Shown in pieces: positions 1 to 9,642 of a stretch of DNA of 64,000 nucleotides. Position 1 is the stretch's first letter; each line of letters opens with the position of its first letter. The position numbers and the translations under genes were made by a program. The notes beneath the pieces are model-generated. The model saw only the letters and a list, made by a program, of their open reading frames with translations, did not search any database and had not been told where the DNA came from. This DNA comes from a virus, in the IMG/VR virus record IMGVR_UViG_3300010157_000040, positions 44,698 to 108,697 of that record. The stretch is one strand, 5' to 3'.

Positions 1-2
1 AT

Positions 3-662
3 GTAGTACATTTTAGAGGTAGTGTATATATTCCATTAGATAATGGTGCAGGTACTGTAGTTAATATGATATCTACAGATGCATGTAGAACAGTAATACA
101 ATCAACACCTTTTACAGGAGCAGGTGGTATTACATATGATGCGTCTAATAATATAGTATTTAATAATGATTCTTCAGTTGTTCCTGTAACAATAATGGCA
201 GCACCTGAAAACTTTGATGATACATATGCAGTATCAACATACAATGCTACAAGACAACTTGAAATGGTAAATGGTATTGGTGTTGCTACAGCTTTTTTAA
301 ATGCATATGTTAATGTAGAAATGACATTTGATAAAAAGTTATCAGTAACAGCTTTACAAAATTTAGAAATAAATACATTAGACACAAATAGTTTACAAGG
401 TTATTCAGCACCTAGACTCACTACTAGTAATATAAGATTAGGAGACTTTGTTCCAGATTATAATGGTTCTGGTACATATATACATAATGCATCTGTAAAC
501 ACAAATTATCCTTTAGTTTCTGATGCAACAAATGTTGTATGGCCTATTACTATAGATGGTGCAAATCAAAATGATTTAGGTGGGTTTATGTTTAAATTAG
601 ATGGTTTAATAACATACTTAGATGCTTGTACAATTGATGTACCAGTACAAGCATGTTTATAA
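3..662 (+). CDS. Virion/tail-associated structural protein, 5'-truncated by the window edge
   Basis: Frame is open from nt 3 (VVHFRGSVYIPLDNGAGTVVNM...), upstream of the listed ATG at 66; T/N/V-rich beta-type composition; lies before a collagen-like fibre gene. Confidence 0.55.
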   Translation, partial: VVHFRGSVYIPLDNGAGTVVNMISTDACRTVIQSTPFTGAGGITYDASNNIVFNNDSSVVPVTIMAAPENFDDTYAVSTYNATRQLEMVNGIGVATAFLNAYVNVEMTFDKKLSVTALQNLEINTLDTNSLQGYSAPRLTTSNIRLGDFVPDYNGSGTYIHNASVNTNYPLVSDATNVVWPITIDGANQNDLGGFMFKLDGLITYLDACTIDVPVQACL

Positions 663-674
663 AATATAAATAAA

Positions 675-1736
675 ATGGCAACAACAACATGTAAAAAATG
701 TGGATGTCAAGATGACTTCTTAACTTCACCACCTCCATGTCCTACTCCTGCAGGATGTCCTGATCCAGAACCATGTTCTGAAACATTTGACTCACAATGT
801 ATAATATATACAGGTGCTCCAATTATGTGTGGTCTAGATACAGTAGTTCCTACTGATACAAACATAGAAGTAGCATTAGTTGATACAATTACATATTTAT
901 GTGCTAATGGTGGTGGTGGTGGTGCAACTGGTCCACAGGGACCTGCTGGAATTCAAGGAGTCCAGGGTGTAGCCGGTCCAGTTGGTCCTCAAGGAACTAG
1001 TGGTTCTGCAGGTGGTGCTGGCACAACAGGTGCTACTGGACCTCAAGGTATACAAGGTGTCGCAGGACCCGTTGGTCCAGCAGGATTAAATTGGCAAGGT
1101 TCATGGTCTGCTACAGGAATTTATGTTTCTGATGATGCAGTAGGATTTAATGGTGCTTCATGGTTTTGTTTAAATGCTGTTGGTCCATCTGCAAGTAATC
1201 CACTTAGTGATCCAACTAACTGGGCTCTGTTAGCATCAGAAGGTGCTGTAGGTCCAGCAGGACCAACAGGTGCATCTGGTATAGCTGGTGCTGCAGGAGC
1301 TACAGGTCCACAAGGTCCTACAGGTTCAACAGGTAGTCAAGGAATACAAGGTATAACAGGACCAACAGGAGCTCAAGGTATTCAAGGAATTCAGGGAATA
1401 CCTGGTCAAAATAATCCTGCTTATAAAGTATATACAGCTCTATTAACAAGAACTGGAGCAACTGCACCAAGTGCAGTTGTTTTAGAAAACACATTAGGCA
1501 CAATTACATTTAGTTATATAACTACAGGAGTTTATTATATAAATTCAACAAATTTATTTATTTATAATAAAACAGTAATTTTTATACAACAAGAGCCAAA
1601 TGGTACAAATGGAAATGTTTTATCTGCTGGATTCTTAACCCCAAGTCTTATTCCTATAACTCAAAGTACTTTTGCTGGTACAAATGATGATGATTGGGGT
1701 TCCCCAGTATCAGTAGAGATAAGAGTATATAATTAA
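675..1736 (+). CDS. Collagen-like fibre/decoration protein
   Basis: Cys-rich N-terminus (CKKCGC...CPTPAGCPDPEPC); two G-X-Y tracts flanking a Trp-rich module (WQGSWS...DAVGFNGASWFC...PTNWALL, carbohydrate-binding-module-like); C-terminal YKVYTALL...VEIRVY head domain. Confidence 0.8.
   Translation: MATTTCKKCGCQDDFLTSPPPCPTPAGCPDPEPCSETFDSQCIIYTGAPIMCGLDTVVPTDTNIEVALVDTITYLCANGGGGGATGPQGPAGIQGVQGVAGPVGPQGTSGSAGGAGTTGATGPQGIQGVAGPVGPAGLNWQGSWSATGIYVSDDAVGFNGASWFCLNAVGPSASNPLSDPTNWALLASEGAVGPAGPTGASGIAGAAGATGPQGPTGSTGSQGIQGITGPTGAQGIQGIQGIPGQNNPAYKVYTALLTRTGATAPSAVVLENTLGTITFSYITTGVYYINSTNLFIYNKTVIFIQQEPNGTNGNVLSAGFLTPSLIPITQSTFAGTNDDDWGSPVSVEIRVYN
921..1412 (+). repeat. Collagen G-X-Y coding repeats (about 921-1091 and 1242-1412)
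   Basis: GPQGPAGIQGVQG... and GPAGPTG...GIQGIQGIPG in the translation; locally raised GC. Confidence 0.9.
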
Positions 1737-1773
1737 AGAAGTTGCAGTTTGTTGGTTTCTGTAACAACAACGG

Positions 1774-1808
1774 CAAAGCCCTCACACTTGTGGGGGTTTT
1801 GTTTTTTT
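1774..1808 (+). terminator. Rho-independent terminator
   Basis: CAAAGCCCTCAC-ACTT-GTGGGGGTTTTG stem-loop (G-U pairs) followed by a T run, after the fibre gene. Confidence 0.85.
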
Positions 1809-1818
1809 ATACTATATT

Positions 1819-1856
1819 TACATTTGTTAAAGTCAGTTATTTTTAGTATATTAATA
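1819..1856 (+). promoter_or_regulatory. Putative promoter: Bacteroidota-type -7 box TACATTTG (1819-1826) and TATATTAATA motif (1847-1856)
   Basis: Matches TAnnTTTG; the TA[CT]ATT[TA]ATA motif recurs before other late genes. Confidence 0.5.
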
Positions 1857-1864
1857 TATATAGT

Positions 1865-2446
1865 ATGAGGGAGTTTAGAAAACCAGATGTTAAAGCACCA
1901 AGATTTAGACCAGAAGTTTATAATATTTTAAGTCAAGAGTTTTTTAGCAAGTTTAAAGAAAAGTATCCTAGGTATAAAAACCTAGATAATAAAGATTTAA
2001 GAAAGATAGCAAAAACTTTTAATAATCTTGTTTATCAAAAGGTAATAGATACAAGGGATGGTATTCAATTACCTGAATCTATAGGTTGGATATTTATTGG
2101 AACATGTAATCAAAGTAAAAAAGAAAACATTGACTTTGCTAAATCTAATAAATATGGAGTTACTGTAACTAATAAGAACTGGGAAACTGATGGTAAGTTA
2201 GCTAAGATATTTTTTACCAATCATGCACCTAAACATAAAATGAAGAATGCTGAATTCTGGAGTTTTGTTGCATGTAGAGATTTTAAAAGATCAGTTGCAA
2301 AAACATATCCTGAAAATTGGAATATGTATGTTGCTGTAGATCCAACAAAAAAACTTAGATTGATATATCAAAATACAGTTTTTAAAAATATGTTAAAAGC
2401 AAAACAAGATAAAGCTTTAGAAAATTATAATGAGTTTGACCTATGA
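1865..2446 (+). CDS. IHF/HU-like DNA-binding protein of the crAss-like tail module
   Basis: Basic 193 aa; helix (LRKIAKTFNNLVYQKVI) then GIQLPESIGWIFIG beta-turn as in HU/IHF; sits just upstream of the tail ring genes as in crAss-like phages. Confidence 0.55.
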   Translation: MREFRKPDVKAPRFRPEVYNILSQEFFSKFKEKYPRYKNLDNKDLRKIAKTFNNLVYQKVIDTRDGIQLPESIGWIFIGTCNQSKKENIDFAKSNKYGVTVTNKNWETDGKLAKIFFTNHAPKHKMKNAEFWSFVACRDFKRSVAKTYPENWNMYVAVDPTKKLRLIYQNTVFKNMLKAKQDKALENYNEFDL

Positions 2447-3105
2447 CAACAATTGGAGAAGCAATATCAAGAGTAAGAAATACTCTAAAAGCAGTTAAGG
2501 AAGATCCTTTCTTAACTGATAGAACTATATATTATTCATTACTAAAGTATTCTCAATCTCTTATTAAAAGAGAAGACAATCAATTTAGGTTAATGAAAAT
2601 TAGTTCTATCTTCTCTGTATTACCTTATATTGAATTAATAGATGTAGATAAAGTAGAAGCAGGATGTCTTGGTGTTTATTCTGAATGTTATTTTAAAAGG
2701 TCAAAAGAAAAATTACCAACCATACTTGATGGTGTATTTGGTCCTATTATACGTACTACATCTTCTATAGATGGTTCTATAGAAATGTTTAGAACAGATC
2801 CGGGAACTTGGGTATCAATGATAAGAACAACTACATGGAAATATAATACAAGAAAATATTTTTGGTATTTAAATGGATATATCTATTGTCCTAATATAGA
2901 TTGGGATGCAATAAGAATGGAAGCAATCTTTGAAGGTAAGTTAGATACATGTGATGCAGTTGAATGTCAAGTAAAACAAGATCAACAATTTGCATTACCA
3001 GAATACTTATTTTCAGAAGCTGAACAATATGTAGTTAAAGAATTAACAATGTCATTATCTATTCCATCTGATGGTCCTGATGATAGTCAAAATACTTTAA
3101 GATAA
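2443..3105 (+). CDS. Tail ring / adaptor protein
   Basis: Helical N-terminus (TIGEAISRVR), YFWYLNGYIY strand, C-terminal FALPEYL motif; between IHF-like and tail stabilisation genes; ATGA overlap. Confidence 0.55.
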   Translation: MTTIGEAISRVRNTLKAVKEDPFLTDRTIYYSLLKYSQSLIKREDNQFRLMKISSIFSVLPYIELIDVDKVEAGCLGVYSECYFKRSKEKLPTILDGVFGPIIRTTSSIDGSIEMFRTDPGTWVSMIRTTTWKYNTRKYFWYLNGYIYCPNIDWDAIRMEAIFEGKLDTCDAVECQVKQDQQFALPEYLFSEAEQYVVKELTMSLSIPSDGPDDSQNTLR

Positions 3106-4133
3106 TGGATTTTAATTACACACTTAGATATAGAACTTTTGATCAACTTTTAGAAGATGTTTCAGTAGATCTAAACACCTTTGCTCTTGAAAACATGATA
3201 GAGCCTCAAACTCTTATTAAACTAGCTAAGAAGTTAAATTATGATCTAGGTTTAAGAGTAAATCAAACTAAGGAAGTTATATTAGAAGTATGTCATGGTA
3301 GAGTAAAACTACCTGATGATTTTTATGTATTTAATTATGCAATGATCTGTGGTGATGTTACTGTTAAAACAGGTTATGATATTGGTGGAACAAATATACA
3401 AGAAGTACCATATACAGAAGTACCAAGTACAGTAGATGTATGTTCACCAATAAGTGTTAACTGTAGAACATGTAATGCTAATCCTTGTAATCATACTGCA
3501 GGTTGTGATCTTAATCATCCTATAGTAGATCCAATACCTGTTGCATATGATCCTTTAAACCCATATGGTGATACTTGTATACCACCAAGAGTATTCATGA
3601 ACTGTAAAGGAGATAAATATGAACTCATTCAAGTATTAACTGCAGGAACAACAAGAGTATATTCTAATCTTATTTCATTAAGAATGAGATCAAGTCAAGA
3701 AATAGAATGTGACTGTCCAAACTTATATGTAAATTCAGCCAATGAAGGTTGGATTAAAGGAGGATTTTTATTTACTACTCTAGATACTTGTAAAGTATAT
3801 TTAAATTACCAAGGTGCAATGGAAGATGGTCAAGGAAATTTACTTGTACCAGACCATGATCTTATCAATGAGTACTATGAGTATGCTTTTAAACAAAGAA
3901 TACTTGAAAACTTATATATGAATGGTGAAGATGTTGCTCAAAGATTAGGATTGATAGAACAAAAATTAAAAGCATCAAGAAATGCTGCACTTAGTTTAGT
4001 TAATACACCTAACTTTAGGGAACTAGAAAATATGTGGTGGACTAATAGAAGAGCAATGTATAGCAAGTACTATGATATGTTTAAAAGTTATTCAAATGCT
4101 AGTGCTTATGTTGGTCGCAATAGATTAATATAA
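3105..4133 (+). CDS. Tail tubular/ring protein (P22 gp4-like) with Cys-rich insertion
   Basis: GRVKLPDDF and KVYLNY...LLVPD motifs typical of podovirus ring proteins; directly precedes the tail stabilisation gene. Confidence 0.6.
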   Translation: MDFNYTLRYRTFDQLLEDVSVDLNTFALENMIEPQTLIKLAKKLNYDLGLRVNQTKEVILEVCHGRVKLPDDFYVFNYAMICGDVTVKTGYDIGGTNIQEVPYTEVPSTVDVCSPISVNCRTCNANPCNHTAGCDLNHPIVDPIPVAYDPLNPYGDTCIPPRVFMNCKGDKYELIQVLTAGTTRVYSNLISLRMRSSQEIECDCPNLYVNSANEGWIKGGFLFTTLDTCKVYLNYQGAMEDGQGNLLVPDHDLINEYYEYAFKQRILENLYMNGEDVAQRLGLIEQKLKASRNAALSLVNTPNFRELENMWWTNRRAMYSKYYDMFKSYSNASAYVGRNRLI

Positions 4134-4134
4134 T

Positions 4135-7100
4135 ATGGGACAATTTCAGAATACATCAAAAGAATTAAATCATAGTTTTACTAAAGGTTTAAATAAAGAT
4201 TCTGATCCATCTTTTGTTGGAGAAGGTATGTGGACGCATGCACGGAATGTTGTAAACAATTCAAAAGAAGGTGACTTAGGTTCATTATCCAATGATACAT
4301 CAAATTATCTTTGTGCTACAGCAGGAAGTACAATGCCACTTATTGCACAACAAAAATTTATTATTGGTGTAATACATTTGTTTTCAGGTAATTGGTTAAT
4401 ATTTACAGCTGGACACAATGCACTTGGAATACCAGTAATGTCAGAAATAGGATTGTTAGAAGAATCAAGTTGTTTGTATAGACCTATTGTACAAGATGCA
4501 TGTTTAGGTTTTGATAAAAGATATCTTATATCTGGATCATCTAGAAAAAAAGAAGATTGTTCATGGCAAGCATATTGGGCAGATGGTTTAAATCCTGACA
4601 GATATATAAATGTAGGAGATCCACAAACATGGCCATTACCAAATGAATATACTTGGTTAGGTTTACCAATTACAAATCCATCTACTGTTAACTATTATGT
4701 AGATAATTTAGGTAATCAAATACTTTGGCCAGGTGTAAAATGGAAACAACTATGTGATGATAATGTAGGATGTGTACAACTAGTACCCGGAGTATGGCCA
4801 CCTAACTGTCCAACTGTAAATTCATGTATTACTTGTACTAATATAAATGAATTAGATTGTGAAAAAAGTAGATTAGCAAGATTAATGGATACACCTTGTC
4901 TTAAAACTAGATTAGGTCCTGGTGGAGGTACATTAAAAAATGGAACTTACTTTGCTGTAATTGCTTATTTAATAAAAGGTATTAAAGTAACAGATTATTT
5001 TTCACCTAGTAATTCACAACCTGTATATCATCCAGATGATTTAAGAGGATCACTTGTAATAGATGTTGAAGCTGACTCAGTTAATTTTAGTGAGTTTAGT
5101 TTAGTAATAGTACAAAATGTAAATGAAGCTACTATAGCAAAAAAGTTTGGTATATATTCAACTAAAACAAGAACTATACAAATAGATCAGTTACCAATGG
5201 ATTTAGTAACTGTACCATTATCATTCATACCTATTCAAACTCCAATTTTTGAAAAGTCAGATCAAATTGCAGAAGTAAATAGTTACTTACTACGAGTAGG
5301 TCCAACATCTAAATTTGACTTTAACTACCAACCATTAGCAAATCAAATTAGTGCTAAATGGACATCAGTAGAATATCCATCAAACTATTATACTAAAGGT
5401 GGTAATAAAACAAGTTACTTAAGAGATGAAGTATATGCATTCTTTATCCGTTGGATATATGATACTGGTGACAAATCTGCATCATACCATATTCCAGGAA
5501 GACCACCAAGAAACTTTACTAATGGAAATGTTTCTGGTAATGAAACTACTGATAATATTAATGATTTAAATACATTAGATAATACAGATCAATTATTTGA
5601 AATGTATAACACAGCAAGTTCTACTGGAGTACCAACATTAATTGGAACTACAACAGATGATGGTGGTATTATACTTGATTCAGGAGATATGGGTTATTGG
5701 GAATCTACTGAAGTATATCCTGATACTATACCAGAAATTTGGAATTCAAGTTCACATTGTTGGACAGGACCAATTGGACAATCAGGATTATATGATTTAT
5801 GTGGTAAACCAATTAGACATCATAAATTTCCAGATAATTATTTAAATGTTAATACAGTTCACTTTAGAAAAAATACAGTAACAAGTCCACCAAATCCACA
5901 AGCTAATGAAGGTTTAGCAATTAGATTAATGGGTGTTAGATTTGAAAATATTATTTTACCAAAAGATAATGATGGAGTAGATATAACAGGAATTGTAGGT
6001 TATGAAATATTAAGAGGTTCAAGAGAAGGTAATCAAAGTATCATTGCTAAAGGAATGATAAATAACTTAAGAACATATGAAATAAAAGGATCAGTACAAA
6101 GAAATAGAATAGGATTATATCCTAACTATCCTTTTAATACTATCATACCTCCTATGAACTTATTTAATACAAATGATAATAACTATGCATATAATGATCC
6201 ATTCATTAGAATGCCACATAAACCTAATGATTATTCAGTTGTAGATAATCAAACTATTCCAACTGATATTATTACTTTCCATTCACCAGATTTAATGTTT
6301 AGTACACCTTTCTTAGATAGTACTGAAATAAAATTATATGGTCATTTACAAGGTCAATCATCTCAATATTTTGCAGAACCTAATGGTCATCCAAAATGGA
6401 AACTTTTAGCTGATGCTGCTGTATTAATTGCAACACTTGTTGGTATAGGTGAAGCTATTATAAGTATAATTGGTAAAAGAGTATATAATCAACCAGGTTC
6501 ATCTTTTACACAACAAAGACAACTTGAACAACTTATATATGGAGAAACTACTGTTAGTCAATCTATTAATAGTGCAGAATGGAATGCATATACTTTAGGA
6601 CCCCTAGGACCTAGATTTATATATCAACAAAAATATAATGCATATTTTAATAGTGGTCAAGGTATACTTGACGCTTTTACAGGAACTGATTTTTTAGATG
6701 GTTATTTAAATACTTTTAATAAAAATGGTGGTCAATATGGTACATATACAGCTCCAGCATTAGATAGAGAATTAACTTGGACTGACTATATTCCTGCTCC
6801 AGTTCAAATAGCATTTGATGTATTAGGTGGTATTTCAAAATTTTTATATTATTTTTCTGAAGGTGCTGATGTTGCATTAAAAGTAATTCAAGCATCTATT
6901 AGATATGATCAATATGCATTACAACAAATTGGTCATGGTTTTTATGATAATATGTTACCTCCATTAATAAATAAAGTACAAAGATTTAAAATGGAAGATA
7001 GTTTTTATATTAGAGATAATATACAAGAAGTTCCATATTATTTAGGAAACGTATATAACAGTTCTAACGCACCTATTACTGTACCTTATAGATATAGTAT

Positions 7101-9642
7101 CAATAATCTTAAAAGATCTCCTACAGTTGTTGTAAGAACTAAAACTGGTAATTACTATAATCCAATATTATTTCCGACAGGTGCAAATATTGGTCCAGCA
7201 TTTATTCAAGATGCTGCAGGTAATTATATTGATAATTCATTAGTTACATTAGGATATTTTCAAAATGATCATGCAAGTAATGCTGGACAATCATGGGGAC
7301 CACCAGCAAATCCAACTGGAGCACAGTTTCCAAGTTTTGATAATATCAGTATACCATTTGCACAAAACATTGCAAGTCATTATGCAGGTATAAAAGTAAG
7401 ACTAAGAAATCAATATGGACAACTTAACTCAATTAAACAAGTAGTAATAACTCCTTGTGAACAAAAGTCAAGTACATATAAAACTGCTCTTAGTTCATAC
7501 ACTTGTTTAAATGAAAATTTTTATATTAAAACAATTTTAGCTACTCCAGTATTTTTTGGAGGAGACACATATGTAAATAGATACACTGAAAAAAACACCA
7601 TGTTCTTTTTCTATGATTGGTTATATGGTCAACCTGATGGTTTTGAATTTAATTATTTATTGCATCAAATGGTTCCTGAACCAAGATTTTGGGCAAATTC
7701 TAAAGCATATGATATAACAGATCTTGCACCTACAAACTGGTCTAATCCTACTCCTGGAACTGGAGCATTACCTACTAAGTTTTATAATTTAGATAATAGA
7801 AACTATAACTATGAAGATGATAGTCATGGAAATTATCCAGGTACATTTAGAGTTAAAGAATCATTTTTCTATTTAGCTGTTTCATCTGTAAGAGATTTCT
7901 TTGTAGAAAGTGATATCATAGTAGATTTTAGAAAACCAACTACAGTAGAAGCTGAAAGATTTTATGATCCTTATAACTATACTGATCTTCCTGCTTTGTT
8001 TAATATGAATCCTGATGTAATTGCTAAAGGAGATGTATATAGATATGATTATTCATTAAGTATATCTAAATCAAATGCACAATATTCTTCTGCAGGTAAT
8101 TTGCAAAATAGAAACTATAACCCAAATGTATCTCAGTTGTGTTATGTATACTATCCAGATAGATTATATTATTCTAATCCACAACAAAATGATTCATATA
8201 ATGATGCATGGTTTATATATTTAGCAAATAACTATAATCAATTTAAGTCTCAACTTAGTGGTGTTAAATCTATTAATAAAAGTGGTTTATTTATTACATT
8301 TAAAAATGCTAGTCCATTAATGTATCAAGGTGTTGACACACTTCAAACAGAAATTGGTACTAAAATTACTATTGGTGATGGAGGTTTATTTTCACAACCA
8401 GGACAATCAGTAACTAATGCTGATGTACCATATGAGTATGGTTCATCTCAAAGTAGATTAAGTGTTATATCTTCACCTGCTGGACTTTATTACATCTCAC
8501 AAAACCAAGGTAAGATATTTAGTTATGCTGGAGGTTTAAAAGAAATATCACAAATAGGTTTAAAGTGGTGGTTTAATTTATTTTTACCATATAAACTTAC
8601 GGAAGATTTTCCTGAATATCCTTATAAAGATAATCCTGTAGCAGGTATAGGTTGTCAAACATTATATGATAATGAAAACTCTATCTTATATTTTTGTAAA
8701 AAAGATTATAAATTAAAACCGGAAACAGATAGACCAGTAGGAACAGTTACATATGTACCATTAATTACTACCGGTAAGAAAAAAGGTCAAGGAGATTATT
8801 TCCAAATAGAAGGAAGTACAGGTCAGTTTCAATTAGGTGATGAATTATTATTTGAAGATGCATCATGGACTACAAGTTTTGATCCTAAAAATGAATTCTG
8901 GTTATCTTATCATGACTGGCATCCTGATTTAGTTATCCCTAATAAAGGAAAATTCTTAACAACAAAGACTAATCAAATATGGAAACATAATGATCTTTGT
9001 GCAAATTTCTGTAATTATTACGGAACACCATTTCCTTTTGAAATAGAATTTCCAATTATTACAGGACAAACAATTACTACATTAAAAAGTATAGATTATG
9101 TTTTAGAATGTTATAGAAGATCAGAAGTTAATTGTATAGATCAACATCATGTACTTGATGTTAATTTTGATAGAGCAGTTATATTTAATACTGAACAAGT
9201 ATCAGGACATTTGAATCTTAATTTGTTTCCAAAAAATAATGTAACTTTAAGTTTAGATTATCCTAAATTAAATGTTAATCAAAACTCATATGATATTTTA
9301 TTCTCTAAAGAAGAAAACAAATATAAGTTTAATCAATACTGGGATATAACAAGAGATAGAGGTGAGTTTCCTATTGGTTCTAATTATCCTCCTACAGGTC
9401 CTGTTATTCCTGGAAGTACTTTACTATTAGGAAATTATGATAATGAAAACATTTGGATAACAGAAGCTAACGGTTATAAGAAAAAATTAAATGTTGCTAA
9501 TATTGATTATAATAAACCACAAATGCAAAGAAAGAAATTTAGACATTATATAAATTTCCTTAATCTTACAAAAGATGTATCTGGTGATATCAATATGTTA
9601 CTTAAATTAGTAAATACTAAAAATCAAATATCTCCAAGGTAA
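4135..9642 (+). CDS. Tail stabilisation / muzzle protein (P22 gp10-like beta-propeller)
   Basis: N-terminal SFTKGLNKD...ARN; SYLRDEVYAF; FGGDTYV; late YGSSQS and WTTSF...WLSYHDW motifs; 1835 aa; synteny. Confidence 0.75.
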   Translation: MGQFQNTSKELNHSFTKGLNKDSDPSFVGEGMWTHARNVVNNSKEGDLGSLSNDTSNYLCATAGSTMPLIAQQKFIIGVIHLFSGNWLIFTAGHNALGIPVMSEIGLLEESSCLYRPIVQDACLGFDKRYLISGSSRKKEDCSWQAYWADGLNPDRYINVGDPQTWPLPNEYTWLGLPITNPSTVNYYVDNLGNQILWPGVKWKQLCDDNVGCVQLVPGVWPPNCPTVNSCITCTNINELDCEKSRLARLMDTPCLKTRLGPGGGTLKNGTYFAVIAYLIKGIKVTDYFSPSNSQPVYHPDDLRGSLVIDVEADSVNFSEFSLVIVQNVNEATIAKKFGIYSTKTRTIQIDQLPMDLVTVPLSFIPIQTPIFEKSDQIAEVNSYLLRVGPTSKFDFNYQPLANQISAKWTSVEYPSNYYTKGGNKTSYLRDEVYAFFIRWIYDTGDKSASYHIPGRPPRNFTNGNVSGNETTDNINDLNTLDNTDQLFEMYNTASSTGVPTLIGTTTDDGGIILDSGDMGYWESTEVYPDTIPEIWNSSSHCWTGPIGQSGLYDLCGKPIRHHKFPDNYLNVNTVHFRKNTVTSPPNPQANEGLAIRLMGVRFENIILPKDNDGVDITGIVGYEILRGSREGNQSIIAKGMINNLRTYEIKGSVQRNRIGLYPNYPFNTIIPPMNLFNTNDNNYAYNDPFIRMPHKPNDYSVVDNQTIPTDIITFHSPDLMFSTPFLDSTEIKLYGHLQGQSSQYFAEPNGHPKWKLLADAAVLIATLVGIGEAIISIIGKRVYNQPGSSFTQQRQLEQLIYGETTVSQSINSAEWNAYTLGPLGPRFIYQQKYNAYFNSGQGILDAFTGTDFLDGYLNTFNKNGGQYGTYTAPALDRELTWTDYIPAPVQIAFDVLGGISKFLYYFSEGADVALKVIQASIRYDQYALQQIGHGFYDNMLPPLINKVQRFKMEDSFYIRDNIQEVPYYLGNVYNSSNAPITVPYRYSINNLKRSPTVVVRTKTGNYYNPILFPTGANIGPAFIQDAAGNYIDNSLVTLGYFQNDHASNAGQSWGPPANPTGAQFPSFDNISIPFAQNIASHYAGIKVRLRNQYGQLNSIKQVVITPCEQKSSTYKTALSSYTCLNENFYIKTILATPVFFGGDTYVNRYTEKNTMFFFYDWLYGQPDGFEFNYLLHQMVPEPRFWANSKAYDITDLAPTNWSNPTPGTGALPTKFYNLDNRNYNYEDDSHGNYPGTFRVKESFFYLAVSSVRDFFVESDIIVDFRKPTTVEAERFYDPYNYTDLPALFNMNPDVIAKGDVYRYDYSLSISKSNAQYSSAGNLQNRNYNPNVSQLCYVYYPDRLYYSNPQQNDSYNDAWFIYLANNYNQFKSQLSGVKSINKSGLFITFKNASPLMYQGVDTLQTEIGTKITIGDGGLFSQPGQSVTNADVPYEYGSSQSRLSVISSPAGLYYISQNQGKIFSYAGGLKEISQIGLKWWFNLFLPYKLTEDFPEYPYKDNPVAGIGCQTLYDNENSILYFCKKDYKLKPETDRPVGTVTYVPLITTGKKKGQGDYFQIEGSTGQFQLGDELLFEDASWTTSFDPKNEFWLSYHDWHPDLVIPNKGKFLTTKTNQIWKHNDLCANFCNYYGTPFPFEIEFPIITGQTITTLKSIDYVLECYRRSEVNCIDQHHVLDVNFDRAVIFNTEQVSGHLNLNLFPKNNVTLSLDYPKLNVNQNSYDILFSKEENKYKFNQYWDITRDRGEFPIGSNYPPTGPVIPGSTLLLGNYDNENIWITEANGYKKKLNVANIDYNKPQMQRKKFRHYINFLNLTKDVSGDINMLLKLVNTKNQISPR

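Noticed and set aside
1741-1771. Hairpin GTTGCAG/CTGTAAC with possible pseudoknot to the downstream AACAAC
   Set aside because: The 7-bp stem is present, but the pseudoknot would need a 0-2 nt connecting loop, which is sterically implausible; no riboswitch consensus recognised
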